Origin: Desulfovibrio sp. OttesenSCG-928-C06
GTDB taxonomy: Bacteria; Desulfobacterota; Desulfovibrionia; Desulfovibrionales; Desulfovibrionaceae
Length of the DNA: 64,000 nt
Direction: 5' to 3'
Assembly: GCA_030267065.1 (NCBI GenBank)
Contig: JAJDJF010000001.1
Coordinates: forward strand, 16,448-80,447
The notes under the pieces are model-generated. The model saw only the letters and a program-made list of their open reading frames with translations, did not search any database and had not been told where the DNA came from. Positions 1 to 9,126 of this stretch are shown here, piece after piece (the stretch's first letter is position 1; the number at the start of each line of letters is the position of its first letter). Made by a program: the position numbers and the translations under genes.

Positions 1-731
<731 letters not shown>

Positions 732-761
732 TTTATCGCGCGCAAGCGCTCAAGTAACTAT

Positions 762-810
762 AAAAGCAAAAGACCTCTCTACTTTGTGGCAGAGGTCTTT
801 TGCTTTTATT
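762..810 (+). terminator. Rho-independent terminator after rpoD
   Basis: Perfect 17-bp inverted repeat AAAAGCAAAAGACCTCT (762-778) / AGAGGTCTTTTGCTTTT (791-807) followed by a T-rich run. Confidence 0.85.
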
Positions 811-847
811 ATTAACACTTTTGTAGTGCATAAATTCACTATCATCG

Positions 848-877
848 TTGACACTTTTGCTTGATTGATCTTAAAAT
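848..877 (+). promoter_or_regulatory. Candidate sigma-70 promoter of the cytochrome/flavoprotein operon
   Basis: TTGACA (848-853), 18-nt spacer, TAAAAT (872-877), in an AT-rich region about 125 nt upstream of the 1002 start. Sequence match only. Confidence 0.4.
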
Positions 878-892
878 TACAATCATTGTTAT
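876..892. promoter_or_regulatory. 17-bp palindrome (candidate operator) overlapping the -10/+1 of the putative promoter
   Basis: ATTACAAT-c-ATTGTTAT; 7 of 8 arm positions are self-complementary. The cognate regulator is unknown. Confidence 0.35.
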
Positions 893-1001
893 GCCCTGAA
901 ATTGTTAGATAATTTATAGTGTAACATATATATCCATCTGTTTTTTTTGTGTTTGATTGTTAGGCATGTCTGCAATGCCATGATCAAAATAGGAGGGTAC
1001 G

Positions 1002-1385
1002 GTGAAAAGAAAATACAGACTGGTTGGTTTGTTTGCTTTGCTGTTTATGGTCTGGGCGGTCGCTTGCATGACGACAACCGGAACCACTGCCCAAAGTGCG
1101 GAAAAACAGCAATTTTTGGCTGACCGCCACGCAGAACAGGGCGGTTGCGATATTTGTCATGAAGATGCCGAGCCAGCCGAGGGCGACTGGGTGGACCCGG
1201 AAAAATGCCTGGGATGCCATGATGGATGGGATACACTGGCAGTGGCCACTGAAAGCCATGGCATGTACAACCCGCACAAAAGCCACCTTGGTGAACCGGA
1301 TTGCAGCATCTGCCACAAAGGCCATGAGCCATCTGTGAACTATTGTTCGACTTGTCATAAAACTCTTGATCCTTCAATGAAATAG
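1002..1385 (+). CDS. Tetrahaem c-type cytochrome, exported (small subunit of a split flavocytochrome c)
   Basis: GTG start 6 nt after GGAGGG. Hydrophobic N-terminal signal (LVGLFALLFMVWAVAC). Four CxxCH motifs: CDICH, CLGCH, CSICH, CSTCH. The stop lies 17 nt before the flavoprotein gene. Confidence 0.9.
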   Translation: MKRKYRLVGLFALLFMVWAVACMTTTGTTAQSAEKQQFLADRHAEQGGCDICHEDAEPAEGDWVDPEKCLGCHDGWDTLAVATESHGMYNPHKSHLGEPDCSICHKGHEPSVNYCSTCHKTLDPSMK

Positions 1386-1402
1386 CCAGACTGGAGGTAA
1401 GT

Positions 1403-2902
1403 ATGTCCAACAGCAAAAAGATTAATCGCAGAACTTTTGTAAAGGCCAGTGTTGCTGCCGGGGCTGCCGCAGTTGCCCTTGGCGCAGCTCCGTCCGCAAT
1501 GGCTATGCCCTTGCCCAAACCGGCCAAATGGGATTATGAGGCAGACCTGATTATTGTGGGCGGCGGCTCGTCCGGTCTTGCTGCCGCTTGCGAGGCCGTA
1601 AGCCGTGGTCTTTCTGTCTATGTGCTGGAAAAAGAGCCCATTCTTGGCGGTTCTTCAATTATCTGCGGTGGGCAAATGTCCTTTGCCGGCACTCCGGATC
1701 AGGAAGCCAAGGGCATCAAGGACAGCCCCCAGCTCTTCACAGAGGATCTACTTAAGGTCGGCGAGAACATGAACGATGCGGCCCTGATTAAATCCTTCAT
1801 GGATTTGAATCTGGATACCTACCATTGGCTCAAGAATATGGGCGTGAAGATTAGCGACCCGCAGCCGAACAGCGGCATGAGCGTGCCGCGTTCGCACCAG
1901 TTTGCCCCCGGCCAGCTGATTACTGTGCTGAACAAGTTTGCCACCGAAAAGGGCGCCAAGGTGTTGATGCGCTGCGCGGCCCAGCGTCTTACCTATGACC
2001 ACGAAGCCAAAAAGATTTGCGGTCTGACTGCCAAATATCGCAACAAGGTCGTTTCTTTCGGGGCCAAAAAGGGCGTGATTCTGGCGGCTGGCGGATATTC
2101 TTACAACCCGCAGATGCTCGGTCAGTATACACCGCTGATGCGTCACGCCAAGGTTATTGCCGGGCTCGGCACCACCGGCGATGGTCTGAAAATGGCTCTG
2201 GCCTGCGGTGCGGACTTCATCGATGCTCCCTACGTCAAGGCTACCTATGGTCTGACCATGAATCCCGGCACCTTTGTTGAGGATTTCATGCAGTACTATT
2301 ACCGCGGCGCGGCCATCGTGAACAAGGATGGCAAGCGCGTGGTAAATGAGTCCATTTCCTACAAGCTGCTTGGCGATGCGGTTCTTGCCCAGCCCAATGC
2401 CTGCGGCTTCCAGGTCTTTGACTCGGCTATTCGTGAAGCCCAGTACACGCTCAAGAAGCTTAGCCCGGAAGCTATCAAGAAATTCGAAGACAGACCCGGT
2501 GTGATCTATAAGGCCAATACCATTAAGGAAGTTGCCAAGCTGGCAGGAATTGATCCGGACACTCTTGAAAAAACCATCAAGGATTACAATAGCTATGTGC
2601 AGAACGGCAAAGACCTGGAATTCGGCCGCCAGACCCTTTCCGGCGCATACGGCAAGCCGGTAAAGATCGAAAAGGCTCCTTTCTATGTCATGCCTTCGAC
2701 TGCGGCTGTTATCGCCACATACTGCGGCACCAGAGTCACCCCGAAGACAGAAGTTGTTGACGTTTTCGGTGATGTGATACCCGGTCTGTACTCCGTAGGC
2801 GAGATGATGGGCGGCTTCCACGGCGCAGCTTACATGACCGGCACGGCTATGGCCAAGGCCGTTGTATTTGGGCGTATTGCCGTGCGCAGCGCATCTGCTT
2901 AA
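1403..2902 (+). CDS. Tat-exported FAD-dependent oxidoreductase, flavocytochrome c / fumarate-reductase-flavoprotein family (substrate unknown)
   Basis: Twin-arginine signal NRRTFVKASVAAGAAAVALGAAPSAMA. FAD fold DLIIVGGGSSGLAAACEA. C-terminal family motif GLYSVGEMMGGFHGAAYMTGTAMAKAVVFGRIA. RBS GGAGG upstream. Confidence 0.9.
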   Translation: MSNSKKINRRTFVKASVAAGAAAVALGAAPSAMAMPLPKPAKWDYEADLIIVGGGSSGLAAACEAVSRGLSVYVLEKEPILGGSSIICGGQMSFAGTPDQEAKGIKDSPQLFTEDLLKVGENMNDAALIKSFMDLNLDTYHWLKNMGVKISDPQPNSGMSVPRSHQFAPGQLITVLNKFATEKGAKVLMRCAAQRLTYDHEAKKICGLTAKYRNKVVSFGAKKGVILAAGGYSYNPQMLGQYTPLMRHAKVIAGLGTTGDGLKMALACGADFIDAPYVKATYGLTMNPGTFVEDFMQYYYRGAAIVNKDGKRVVNESISYKLLGDAVLAQPNACGFQVFDSAIREAQYTLKKLSPEAIKKFEDRPGVIYKANTIKEVAKLAGIDPDTLEKTIKDYNSYVQNGKDLEFGRQTLSGAYGKPVKIEKAPFYVMPSTAAVIATYCGTRVTPKTEVVDVFGDVIPGLYSVGEMMGGFHGAAYMTGTAMAKAVVFGRIAVRSASA

Positions 2903-2946
2903 GTTAATTAAACTTGCTCCTTCCAGCTTTTGTCTGGCAGGTGATT

Positions 2947-2992
2947 AAATAGAAGAGACGCTTTCAGTCTGAAAGCGTCTCTTCTATTTTTA
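2947..2992 (+). terminator. Rho-independent terminator after the flavoprotein gene
   Basis: About 20-bp inverted repeat AAATAGAAGAGACGCTTTCAG / CTGAAAGCGTCTCTTCTATTT followed by TTT. Confidence 0.85.
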
Positions 2993-3178
2993 AGCTGCGT
3001 GTTGACTTTGCCAGCCTTGGTGATTTCTTTTTAATTGAGTCGGAGTTGTTTTGTATGAAATGATGCTTATAATAAAATCAGAAAGATACAATACTAATTC
3101 AGTACTAACGCCGTACCTCGTAGCTTGTAATTAAAGTGGCTTTTAACCGGCATTTGATAATGCCGCGAGGTGCTCACG

Positions 3179-4027
3179 ATGTCGGATTTGAAATATGTAA
3201 TGTTCACGTCGCCGCGCCAGAACAGCAGCGTCATACGCCTTGATTACGACGGAGAAGATATCCTGCGGCTGGAACTTGACCCTGACAAAGCCGATTTTTA
3301 CCGCTCGGGCGCAGATCTGGTGGTGCAGGGCAGCAGCGGTGATATGGTATTTATTGATGGTTTTTTCCATGGATCAAAGTCAGTTCTGCCGGATTTTGTG
3401 CTGAAAGATGGAGTCACCCTGAGCGCGAGTGAGTTCTTCTCCACGCATGCTCCAGAGCTGGATATTGCCCCGGCCTTGTCTGGTCCTGTTGTTGAGTCTG
3501 CTGTTTTTGATTCTGGCGTCGGAGCTTCGGTGCTTAATGTAAACGCCGCAGGGCTGGCAGGACGCCCTGAGCAAGGGAATACCGGTGAATTGATGCAGCC
3601 AGCCGACCAGCTTGAGATTGCGCCGGGTGGTCAGGCTGCACAATCTTCTGGCACAAGCTCGCTGCTTACAGTTCCAGAGGATTTTTCCTCGCCGGTGTTT
3701 GAATATGCGCCGGAATTTGCTTTTAGCGGAGTGGATGGACGCAGCGGTATTCTGCTTACCGACGATGAGCGCATGTTCTTGTGCAAGACGCCGGAAGCCA
3801 GCGAGTTTAACGGAATGGAGTTTCAGGCCGTGGGCGAGTATTCGCCGGAAATGCTGCATAGCCTGTTTGCAGCAGATACTCAGGATTTGACCGCGCTGTT
3901 TCCGGAACGTGCGCCGCATACCGCTTCGGGCGGAACGCTGCCCGCAGGTGATTTACTTGCAGGCGGGCCGGAAGCGCAGCCGCTGCTCACGCCGGAAGAG
4001 TATCTGTTGTTGCTTGGTCATGCTTAA
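3179..4027 (+). CDS. Hypothetical acidic protein; N-terminal region resembles the haemolysin-type calcium-binding-protein-related (PF06594-like) fold, remainder low complexity
   Basis: ATG 3179 lies 7 nt after GAGGTG (the track ORF starts at GTG 3170). N-terminal pattern ..GADLVVQGSSGDMVFIDGFFHGSKSVLPDFVLKDGVTLSASEFF.. resembles the DLVI..G..v.i.nwF....F.DGt.l motif. No signal peptide or TM seen. Sits between two terminators. Function unknown. Confidence 0.6.
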   Translation: MSDLKYVMFTSPRQNSSVIRLDYDGEDILRLELDPDKADFYRSGADLVVQGSSGDMVFIDGFFHGSKSVLPDFVLKDGVTLSASEFFSTHAPELDIAPALSGPVVESAVFDSGVGASVLNVNAAGLAGRPEQGNTGELMQPADQLEIAPGGQAAQSSGTSSLLTVPEDFSSPVFEYAPEFAFSGVDGRSGILLTDDERMFLCKTPEASEFNGMEFQAVGEYSPEMLHSLFAADTQDLTALFPERAPHTASGGTLPAGDLLAGGPEAQPLLTPEEYLLLLGHA

Positions 4028-4108
4028 TGGATTCTCAAAAGCTCTTTTTCCCCTCACGGTCACGGTAATTTTATTTTTTGGAGATCCCCATAGCCTGATT
4101 CATGACAA

Positions 4109-4150
4109 GGACGCAAAAAAGCCGCTGCATGCAGCGGCTTTTTTGCGTCC
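4109..4150. terminator. Bidirectional terminator between convergent genes (3179-4027 and glpX)
   Basis: Perfect palindrome GGACGCAAAAAAGCCGCTGC-at-GCAGCGGCTTTTTTGCGTCC, with A/T runs on both sides. Confidence 0.85.
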
Positions 4151-4185
4151 TGTATTATTCCCTGAACTGGGCCGGGATCGCGGGG

Positions 4186-5187
4186 CTAATCGTAAGCCAC
4201 CGAGCTGATTTTCATCAGGCGTTCCCAGTTATGGTGAGCTTCAATGTAGCGCACAGAGCCGGTTTTGGCTCTGATAACCATGGAGTGGGTGACTGCTCCG
4301 GTGCCGGTGTATTCTACGCCGCGCAGGAAGGTGCCGCCGGAAATACCGGTGGCGGAAAAGAAGACGTCATCACTCTTGATGAGCTTTTCCACGGTCAGGA
4401 TTTCGCGGATATCAATACCGTGTTCCTGGATGGCTTCTTTTTCCACAAAGCTTTGCGGGTCAAGACGTCCAAAAAGCTGTCCGCCCATGGCCTTGATAGC
4501 ACAGGCGGCAATTACGCCTTCCGGAGTGCCGCCGGTTCCCATCATCACGTCAACTTCGGAGCGCGGGTCAACAGCCATGAGCGCCCCGGCTACGTCGCCA
4601 TCGGTGTGCAGCTGGATGCGTGCGCCGGTGCTGCGGATTTTTTTGATCAGTTTTTCGTGGCGCTGCTTGTCCAGCACAAAAACTATCAGGTCGTCAACGT
4701 CCTTACCCAGCGCCTTGGCAATGTTCTTCAGATTGACTTCCACCGGAGCGTCGATGTCCACGGCGTCTCTGGCCGGGGCGGGCACTACAAGTTTCTGCAT
4801 GTAGTAGCTGGGACCCGGATCAAACATGGTGCCGCCGGGGGCCATGCCAACAACCGAAATGGCGTTGGGGCGCCCAAAGGCCAGCAGGTTGGTGCCTTCA
4901 ACCGGGTCAACCGCGATGTCCATGGCCATGCCGGTGCCGGTGCCGACTGCTTCACCATTGTAAAGCATGGGGGCGTTGTCTTTTTCGCCTTCGCCGATGA
5001 TGACCTTGCCCATGATGTCCATGGAGTTGAAGCTGAGGCGCATGGCGTCTACAGCAGCCTGATCACCGGCGTTTTTATCGCCTTTTCCAAGCCAGCGGGC
5101 CGAGGCCAGGGCACCGGCTTCAGTTACTCTTACCAGATCCAGGGCCAGGTTTTTGACCGGAGCTTCTGGTTTTGAAGTGTTAGGCAC
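4186..5187 (-). CDS. glpX: Fructose-1,6-bisphosphatase class II
   Basis: ..LVRVTEAGALASARWLGKGDKNAGDQAAVDAMR..GKVIIGEGEKDNAPMLYNGE.VGTG.. matches the GlpX family throughout. GTG start with GGAGG 9 nt upstream. Confidence 0.93.
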   Translation of the reverse strand: MPNTSKPEAPVKNLALDLVRVTEAGALASARWLGKGDKNAGDQAAVDAMRLSFNSMDIMGKVIIGEGEKDNAPMLYNGEAVGTGTGMAMDIAVDPVEGTNLLAFGRPNAISVVGMAPGGTMFDPGPSYYMQKLVVPAPARDAVDIDAPVEVNLKNIAKALGKDVDDLIVFVLDKQRHEKLIKKIRSTGARIQLHTDGDVAGALMAVDPRSEVDVMMGTGGTPEGVIAACAIKAMGGQLFGRLDPQSFVEKEAIQEHGIDIREILTVEKLIKSDDVFFSATGISGGTFLRGVEYTGTGAVTHSMVIRAKTGSVRYIEAHHNWERLMKISSVAYD

Positions 5188-5300
5188 TGTTCAATACCTC
5201 CAACCTGAAAGTTTTGCGTTGATGTATGAAAATTCATAGTCCATTCGCCGCTGGTTTGTCCAGCGTGCTAAAGGACAACAGCAGATTAATCCGCGTTTTT

Positions 5301-5339
5301 CAAAAAAATACTCGCAGGCAAAAGCTGCCTGCGAGTATT
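5301..5339 (-). terminator. Rho-independent terminator after rho
   Basis: 14-bp perfect stem AATACTCGCAGGCA / TGCCTGCGAGTATT, 5-nt loop, then TTTTTG on the minus strand. Confidence 0.9.
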
Positions 5340-5362
5340 CAGAACAATACAGATGCCGTGAC

Positions 5363-6661
5363 CTATTTGCTCATGGCATTGATAAAATCTTTGTTGCTGG
5401 GGGTGCCGCGCATCTTGTCCAGCAGGAATTCCATGCTGTCGATGGAAGACATGGGTGCAAGAATTTTGCGCAGAATCCAGACCCTGTTAAGGGTATCATC
5501 CGGCAGCAGCAGTTCTTCCTTGCGGGTGCCGGTGCGGTTGATGTCAATGGCCGGGAAGACGCGCTTTTCAGCCAGATGGCGGTCAAGGTAGAGGTCCATG
5601 TTGCCGGTGCCCTTGAATTCTTCAAAGATGACTTCATCCATGCGCGAGCCGGTATCAATGAGGGCCGTGGCGATGATGGTCAGGCTGCCGCCTTCCTCGA
5701 TATTGCGCGCCGCGCCGAAGAAGCGCTTGGGGCGCTGCAGGGCGTTGGCGTCCAGACCGCCGGAAAGCACGCGGCCGGAAGAAGGTGTTACCGCGTTATA
5801 GGCGCGTCCAAGGCGGGTGATGGAGTCCAGCAGGATAACGACGTCGCGCTTGCGCTCGACCAGACGCTTGGCTTTTTCCAGCACCATTTCGCATACCTGC
5901 ACATGGCGCTGCGGCGGCTCGTCAAAAGTGGAGGAGATAACTTCGGCGTTCTTGACGGTGCGCTCCATGTCTGTAACTTCTTCGGGGCGTTCGTCTATGA
6001 GCAGAACAATGAGATATACGTCGGGATGATTGGCATTGATGGAGTTGGCGAGGTTTTGCAGCAGGATGGTTTTACCGGTTCTGGGCGGTGCCACGATTAC
6101 GCCGCGCTGCCCGCATCCGATGGGAGCCATCAGGTCAATTACACGTCCGGAGTAGTTTTTTTCTCCGGTTTCCATTTTTAGCTGCTGGTCGGGATAAATT
6201 GGGGTCAGGTTGTCAAAAAGAACCAGAGTTTTGGCGTTTTCCGGCGGTTCAAATCCAATCTCGTTAACTTTCAGCAGGGCGAAGTAGCGTTCACCTTCCT
6301 TGGGGGGGCGAATCTGGCCGGATACGATATCGCCTTTGCGCAGGCCGAATCTCCTGATTTGCGAAGGAGAGACGTAAATATCGTCCGGTCCGGGCATGTA
6401 GCTTGAAAATGGCGACCGCAAAAAGCCGAAACCGTCTGGAAGAATTTCCAGCACGCCATCACCGTAGATGGCTCCGTTCTGGGAAGCGCAGTTTTGCAGC
6501 AACGCAAATATAAGTTCCTGCTTGCGCATGCTGCTGGCGTTTTCAATTTCAAATTGTTCGGCAAGAGCCATAAGGTCGATCATGCTCTTTGTCTTGAGTT
6601 CAGACAAATTCATGCCGCTTTCTTCCACAACGGTGCTTTTGGGGGCGCTTTTTTTACGCAT
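5363..6661 (-). CDS. rho: Transcription termination factor Rho
   Basis: N-terminus ..[40 protein letters not shown].., RNA-binding and RecA-type ATPase core ([15 protein letters not shown]). The start could instead be the internal MNLSELK Met at 6613. Confidence 0.95.
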   Translation of the reverse strand: MRKKSAPKSTVVEESGMNLSELKTKSMIDLMALAEQFEIENASSMRKQELIFALLQNCASQNGAIYGDGVLEILPDGFGFLRSPFSSYMPGPDDIYVSPSQIRRFGLRKGDIVSGQIRPPKEGERYFALLKVNEIGFEPPENAKTLVLFDNLTPIYPDQQLKMETGEKNYSGRVIDLMAPIGCGQRGVIVAPPRTGKTILLQNLANSINANHPDVYLIVLLIDERPEEVTDMERTVKNAEVISSTFDEPPQRHVQVCEMVLEKAKRLVERKRDVVILLDSITRLGRAYNAVTPSSGRVLSGGLDANALQRPKRFFGAARNIEEGGSLTIIATALIDTGSRMDEVIFEEFKGTGNMDLYLDRHLAEKRVFPAIDINRTGTRKEELLLPDDTLNRVWILRKILAPMSSIDSMEFLLDKMRGTPSNKDFINAMSK

Positions 6662-7019
6662 ATGAAAGTATAATTGAGTTTGGTAAAGGATTTAAAAGAG
6701 ATACCACACAGAATATCTGCAAGGTAAAGACCGTATGACAACTGGAAACATCATTGTTTCATGAAAAAATGCTGTATTTATTATTCAAGAAATTCCGGTA
6801 GTATTGATGGCACATCTTTACAGACAGACCTGGAAGGATTTGCAAGTATCCGCTCCGGCAAAATGACTGGGTAATATTTTATTTTATTCTGGTATTACAA
6901 CGTCAGGTGTGGGGATGTATGAGATACAGGGCGTACTTGCTTTGTATTGCCGCCCTGATACCGGACGCGGCGCTATTTACTTGCATGGGGTAAACCAAAC
7001 TCAAACAAATGGCAAGTAT

Positions 7020-7535
7020 TTATGCATCATTTTTTGGCTGTAACAGAATATCCTCAAAAAGAGACTCAATCCGTTCCTTGATTTGTTCCTGTTCTTCGCC
7101 AAGAACGCACGCTATTTCGGTACTTACCAGACTCATGGCCTGTTCCTGCAGGCGGCGTTCCCCAAAAGAAAGATCTTTTTCGCCACTTATGAGGATAAGT
7201 TCTTTAAGCACATGGCATGAGCCGGAGAGCGTGCCTTTTTGCAAGTGTTCAGAATATTCGCGGTAGCGCCGGTTCCAGTTCTGGCCGGTATAGCCGGAAA
7301 ATCCGCTTCTATCTTTGAGACTTTCAAGGATGGTCTGGCATTCTTCCTTGCTACTGAGCGTGCGCAGGCCGACATTGGTGGCGTTTTTTACCGGAACCAT
7401 CAGCGTGATATTGTTGCCGAGTATCCTCACAATATAAAAATCAGCCTTACAGCCGCCGATTTCCTGTGACTCAATACGCTCAACAACGCCAACGCCCTGA
7501 GCAGGGTACACAACTAGTTGTTCCGGAGAAAACAC
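7020..7535 (-). CDS. carD: CarD/CdnL-family RNA-polymerase-binding transcription regulator
   Basis: ..FSPEQLVVYPAQGVGVVERIESQEIGGCKADFYIVRIL..MVPVKNA..VGLR.. The GTG at 7535 follows AGGAG by 5 nt. The longer track ORF (to 7643) has an implausible N-terminus. Confidence 0.85.
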   Translation of the reverse strand: MFSPEQLVVYPAQGVGVVERIESQEIGGCKADFYIVRILGNNITLMVPVKNATNVGLRTLSSKEECQTILESLKDRSGFSGYTGQNWNRRYREYSEHLQKGTLSGSCHVLKELILISGEKDLSFGERRLQEQAMSLVSTEIACVLGEEQEQIKERIESLFEDILLQPKNDA

Positions 7536-7725
7536 ATTCGCTCCTAAGGCCCGTAAACCGAAATGCTTAATGGTTCGCCCGCAACGGATTTGCGGGACGG
7601 AAGGTGCGCTTGCGGCAAAAAAGATTTTTTGCCGTCGGCACAATTTTTAATTGGAGTTGTCCATTCAGAAAAACTTACCACAAAAAAAACAGACTGAACA
7701 GATGGCAGGCAAAAGAAAAATACGA

Positions 7726-8349
7726 TCAGGGGCAGATACTGAAGCCGTTTATAAATTCCTGGCTCGCGGCAAAAGCTTTTGGGTTTTTATTCTTTTCATC
7801 TGCATACATGCGAAATCCACGGGCTGCCGCCTCCAGCACCTCGCGTACTATCTTGCTTTCTTCTTTTCCAAAGTGGCCAAGAACATGCCCGATAGTTTGC
7901 TCGGACTCTCTTTTGCCTATGCCCAGACGCAGGCGGTAAAAATCGCGCGAGCCCAGATGTTGTGCCAGCGAGTTGATGCCCTTGTGCCCGGCCGAGCCGC
8001 CACCAAATTTGAAGCGCATGCTGCCAAGCGGCAAGTCCAGCTCGTCATGCGCAACCACGATATCAGCCGGATCTATATTGTAGTACGACGCTACAGCCGC
8101 ACCGGGTTGCCCGCTATTATTCATGTATGTAAGGGGCTTGAGCAACAGCCAGGGTAGGGCTGGCGGTGGTGAGAGAAAGACTTTCCATAGCTCGTGCGTT
8201 TTTTTGGAGGCCAGTTTATCCGGGCCGGAAAAAGCTCCGCTTTGCTCACGCAAAATTTCGTCCACCAGCATAAAACCGAAATTGTGTCTGGTGTTTTCAT
8301 ATTCTTTTCCCGGATTTCCCAGTCCGATGAGCATCCCGCCGAGCTGCAT
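7726..8349 (-). CDS. pth: Peptidyl-tRNA hydrolase
   Basis: MQLGGMLIGLGNPGKEYENTRHNFGFMLVDE.. is the Pth signature. Start chosen at Met 8349 (GGGAGGAAG upstream); 8334 or 8409 are alternatives. Confidence 0.9.
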   Translation of the reverse strand: MQLGGMLIGLGNPGKEYENTRHNFGFMLVDEILREQSGAFSGPDKLASKKTHELWKVFLSPPPALPWLLLKPLTYMNNSGQPGAAVASYYNIDPADIVVAHDELDLPLGSMRFKFGGGSAGHKGINSLAQHLGSRDFYRLRLGIGKRESEQTIGHVLGHFGKEESKIVREVLEAAARGFRMYADEKNKNPKAFAASQEFINGFSICP

Positions 8350-8430
8350 GGTAACAACTTCCTCCCAGAAGCTAAAACGCTCATGGATGCCGGGCATCCA
8401 TGAGCGCATGTCTTGTGGACTTTATGCCGT

Positions 8431-9021
8431 TTATTCGGCGGCTTCTTCTTTTTCTGCGCCCTTGGAAATAACGCTTACGATAACGTAGTTGTTATTGTAT
8501 TCGGCGCGCACACCTTCCGGCAGAACCAGATCTTCGATACGCAGGGTGTCGCTGAGGCCCATTTCGGTGATGTCCACTTCAACCTTCTGGGGAAGGGAGA
8601 GGGGCTTACAGGCCACGTCGATGACTTCGCGGTAGGTTTCGAGCTTGCCACCGATTTTGGTACCCTTGGCAACGCCGGTGAAGACCAGCGGGACGCGGAT
8701 TTTGATTTCCTTGTCCAGATCCACGCCGTAGATATCCACATGCTGGATGCGGTTCTTGATCGGGAAGTAGTCAACGTCCCAAATCAGGGCCGGAGAAATT
8801 TCTTTTTTGGCGCCGTCTTCAATTTCAATGTTGAATACGGTGGTACGACCAATGCTGGCATACAGTCTGGTCAGTTCTTTTTCGTTTATCTGCAGGGGCA
8901 TGCTTTCGCCTTTGGCGTTGTAGAAAACAGCAGGCACCTGGCCGGTCATGCGCAGACGGCGGGCTACGCCCTTGCCGGTTTTAGCGCGTTTGGAAGCTTG
9001 CAGGGTTGCAAAATCACTCAT
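8431..9021 (-). CDS. rplY: 50S ribosomal protein L25 / general stress protein Ctc
   Basis: ..RAKTGKGVARRLRMTGQVPAVFYNAKGESMPLQINEKEL.. long-form L25, in the conserved prs-ctc-pth order. Confidence 0.92.
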   Translation of the reverse strand: MSDFATLQASKRAKTGKGVARRLRMTGQVPAVFYNAKGESMPLQINEKELTRLYASIGRTTVFNIEIEDGAKKEISPALIWDVDYFPIKNRIQHVDIYGVDLDKEIKIRVPLVFTGVAKGTKIGGKLETYREVIDVACKPLSLPQKVEVDITEMGLSDTLRIEDLVLPEGVRAEYNNNYVIVSVISKGAEKEEAAE

Positions 9022-9126
9022 TGTTTTTCTCCTTTTGATCCTCAGCCATGACTTTCGCCGTTGCTGACGGGCGGCTTTTCTTTTTTAGTGTTACGGAAGG
9101 ATTTGACGTCAAATCCTTGCCTTGCG

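Noticed and set aside
4102-5175. 357-aa plus-strand ORF antisense to glpX. Similar long antisense ORFs occur at 9208-10182, 13711-14925, 36240-37292, 43442-44377 and 52886-54070.
   Set aside because: Each fully overlaps a confidently identified gene on the other strand. The translations are Gly/Ala/Arg/His-rich with no recognisable motifs and no RBS. This is typical shadow-ORF behaviour in GC-rich DNA.
6662-7019. The 358-bp region upstream of rho, as a possible autoregulatory attenuator leader.
   Set aside because: It is plausible by analogy with E. coli rho autoregulation. I could identify only short hairpins (CAGGGCG..CGCCCTG and GAAACA..TGTTTC) and no specific rut-like C-rich tract, which is insufficient evidence to call.
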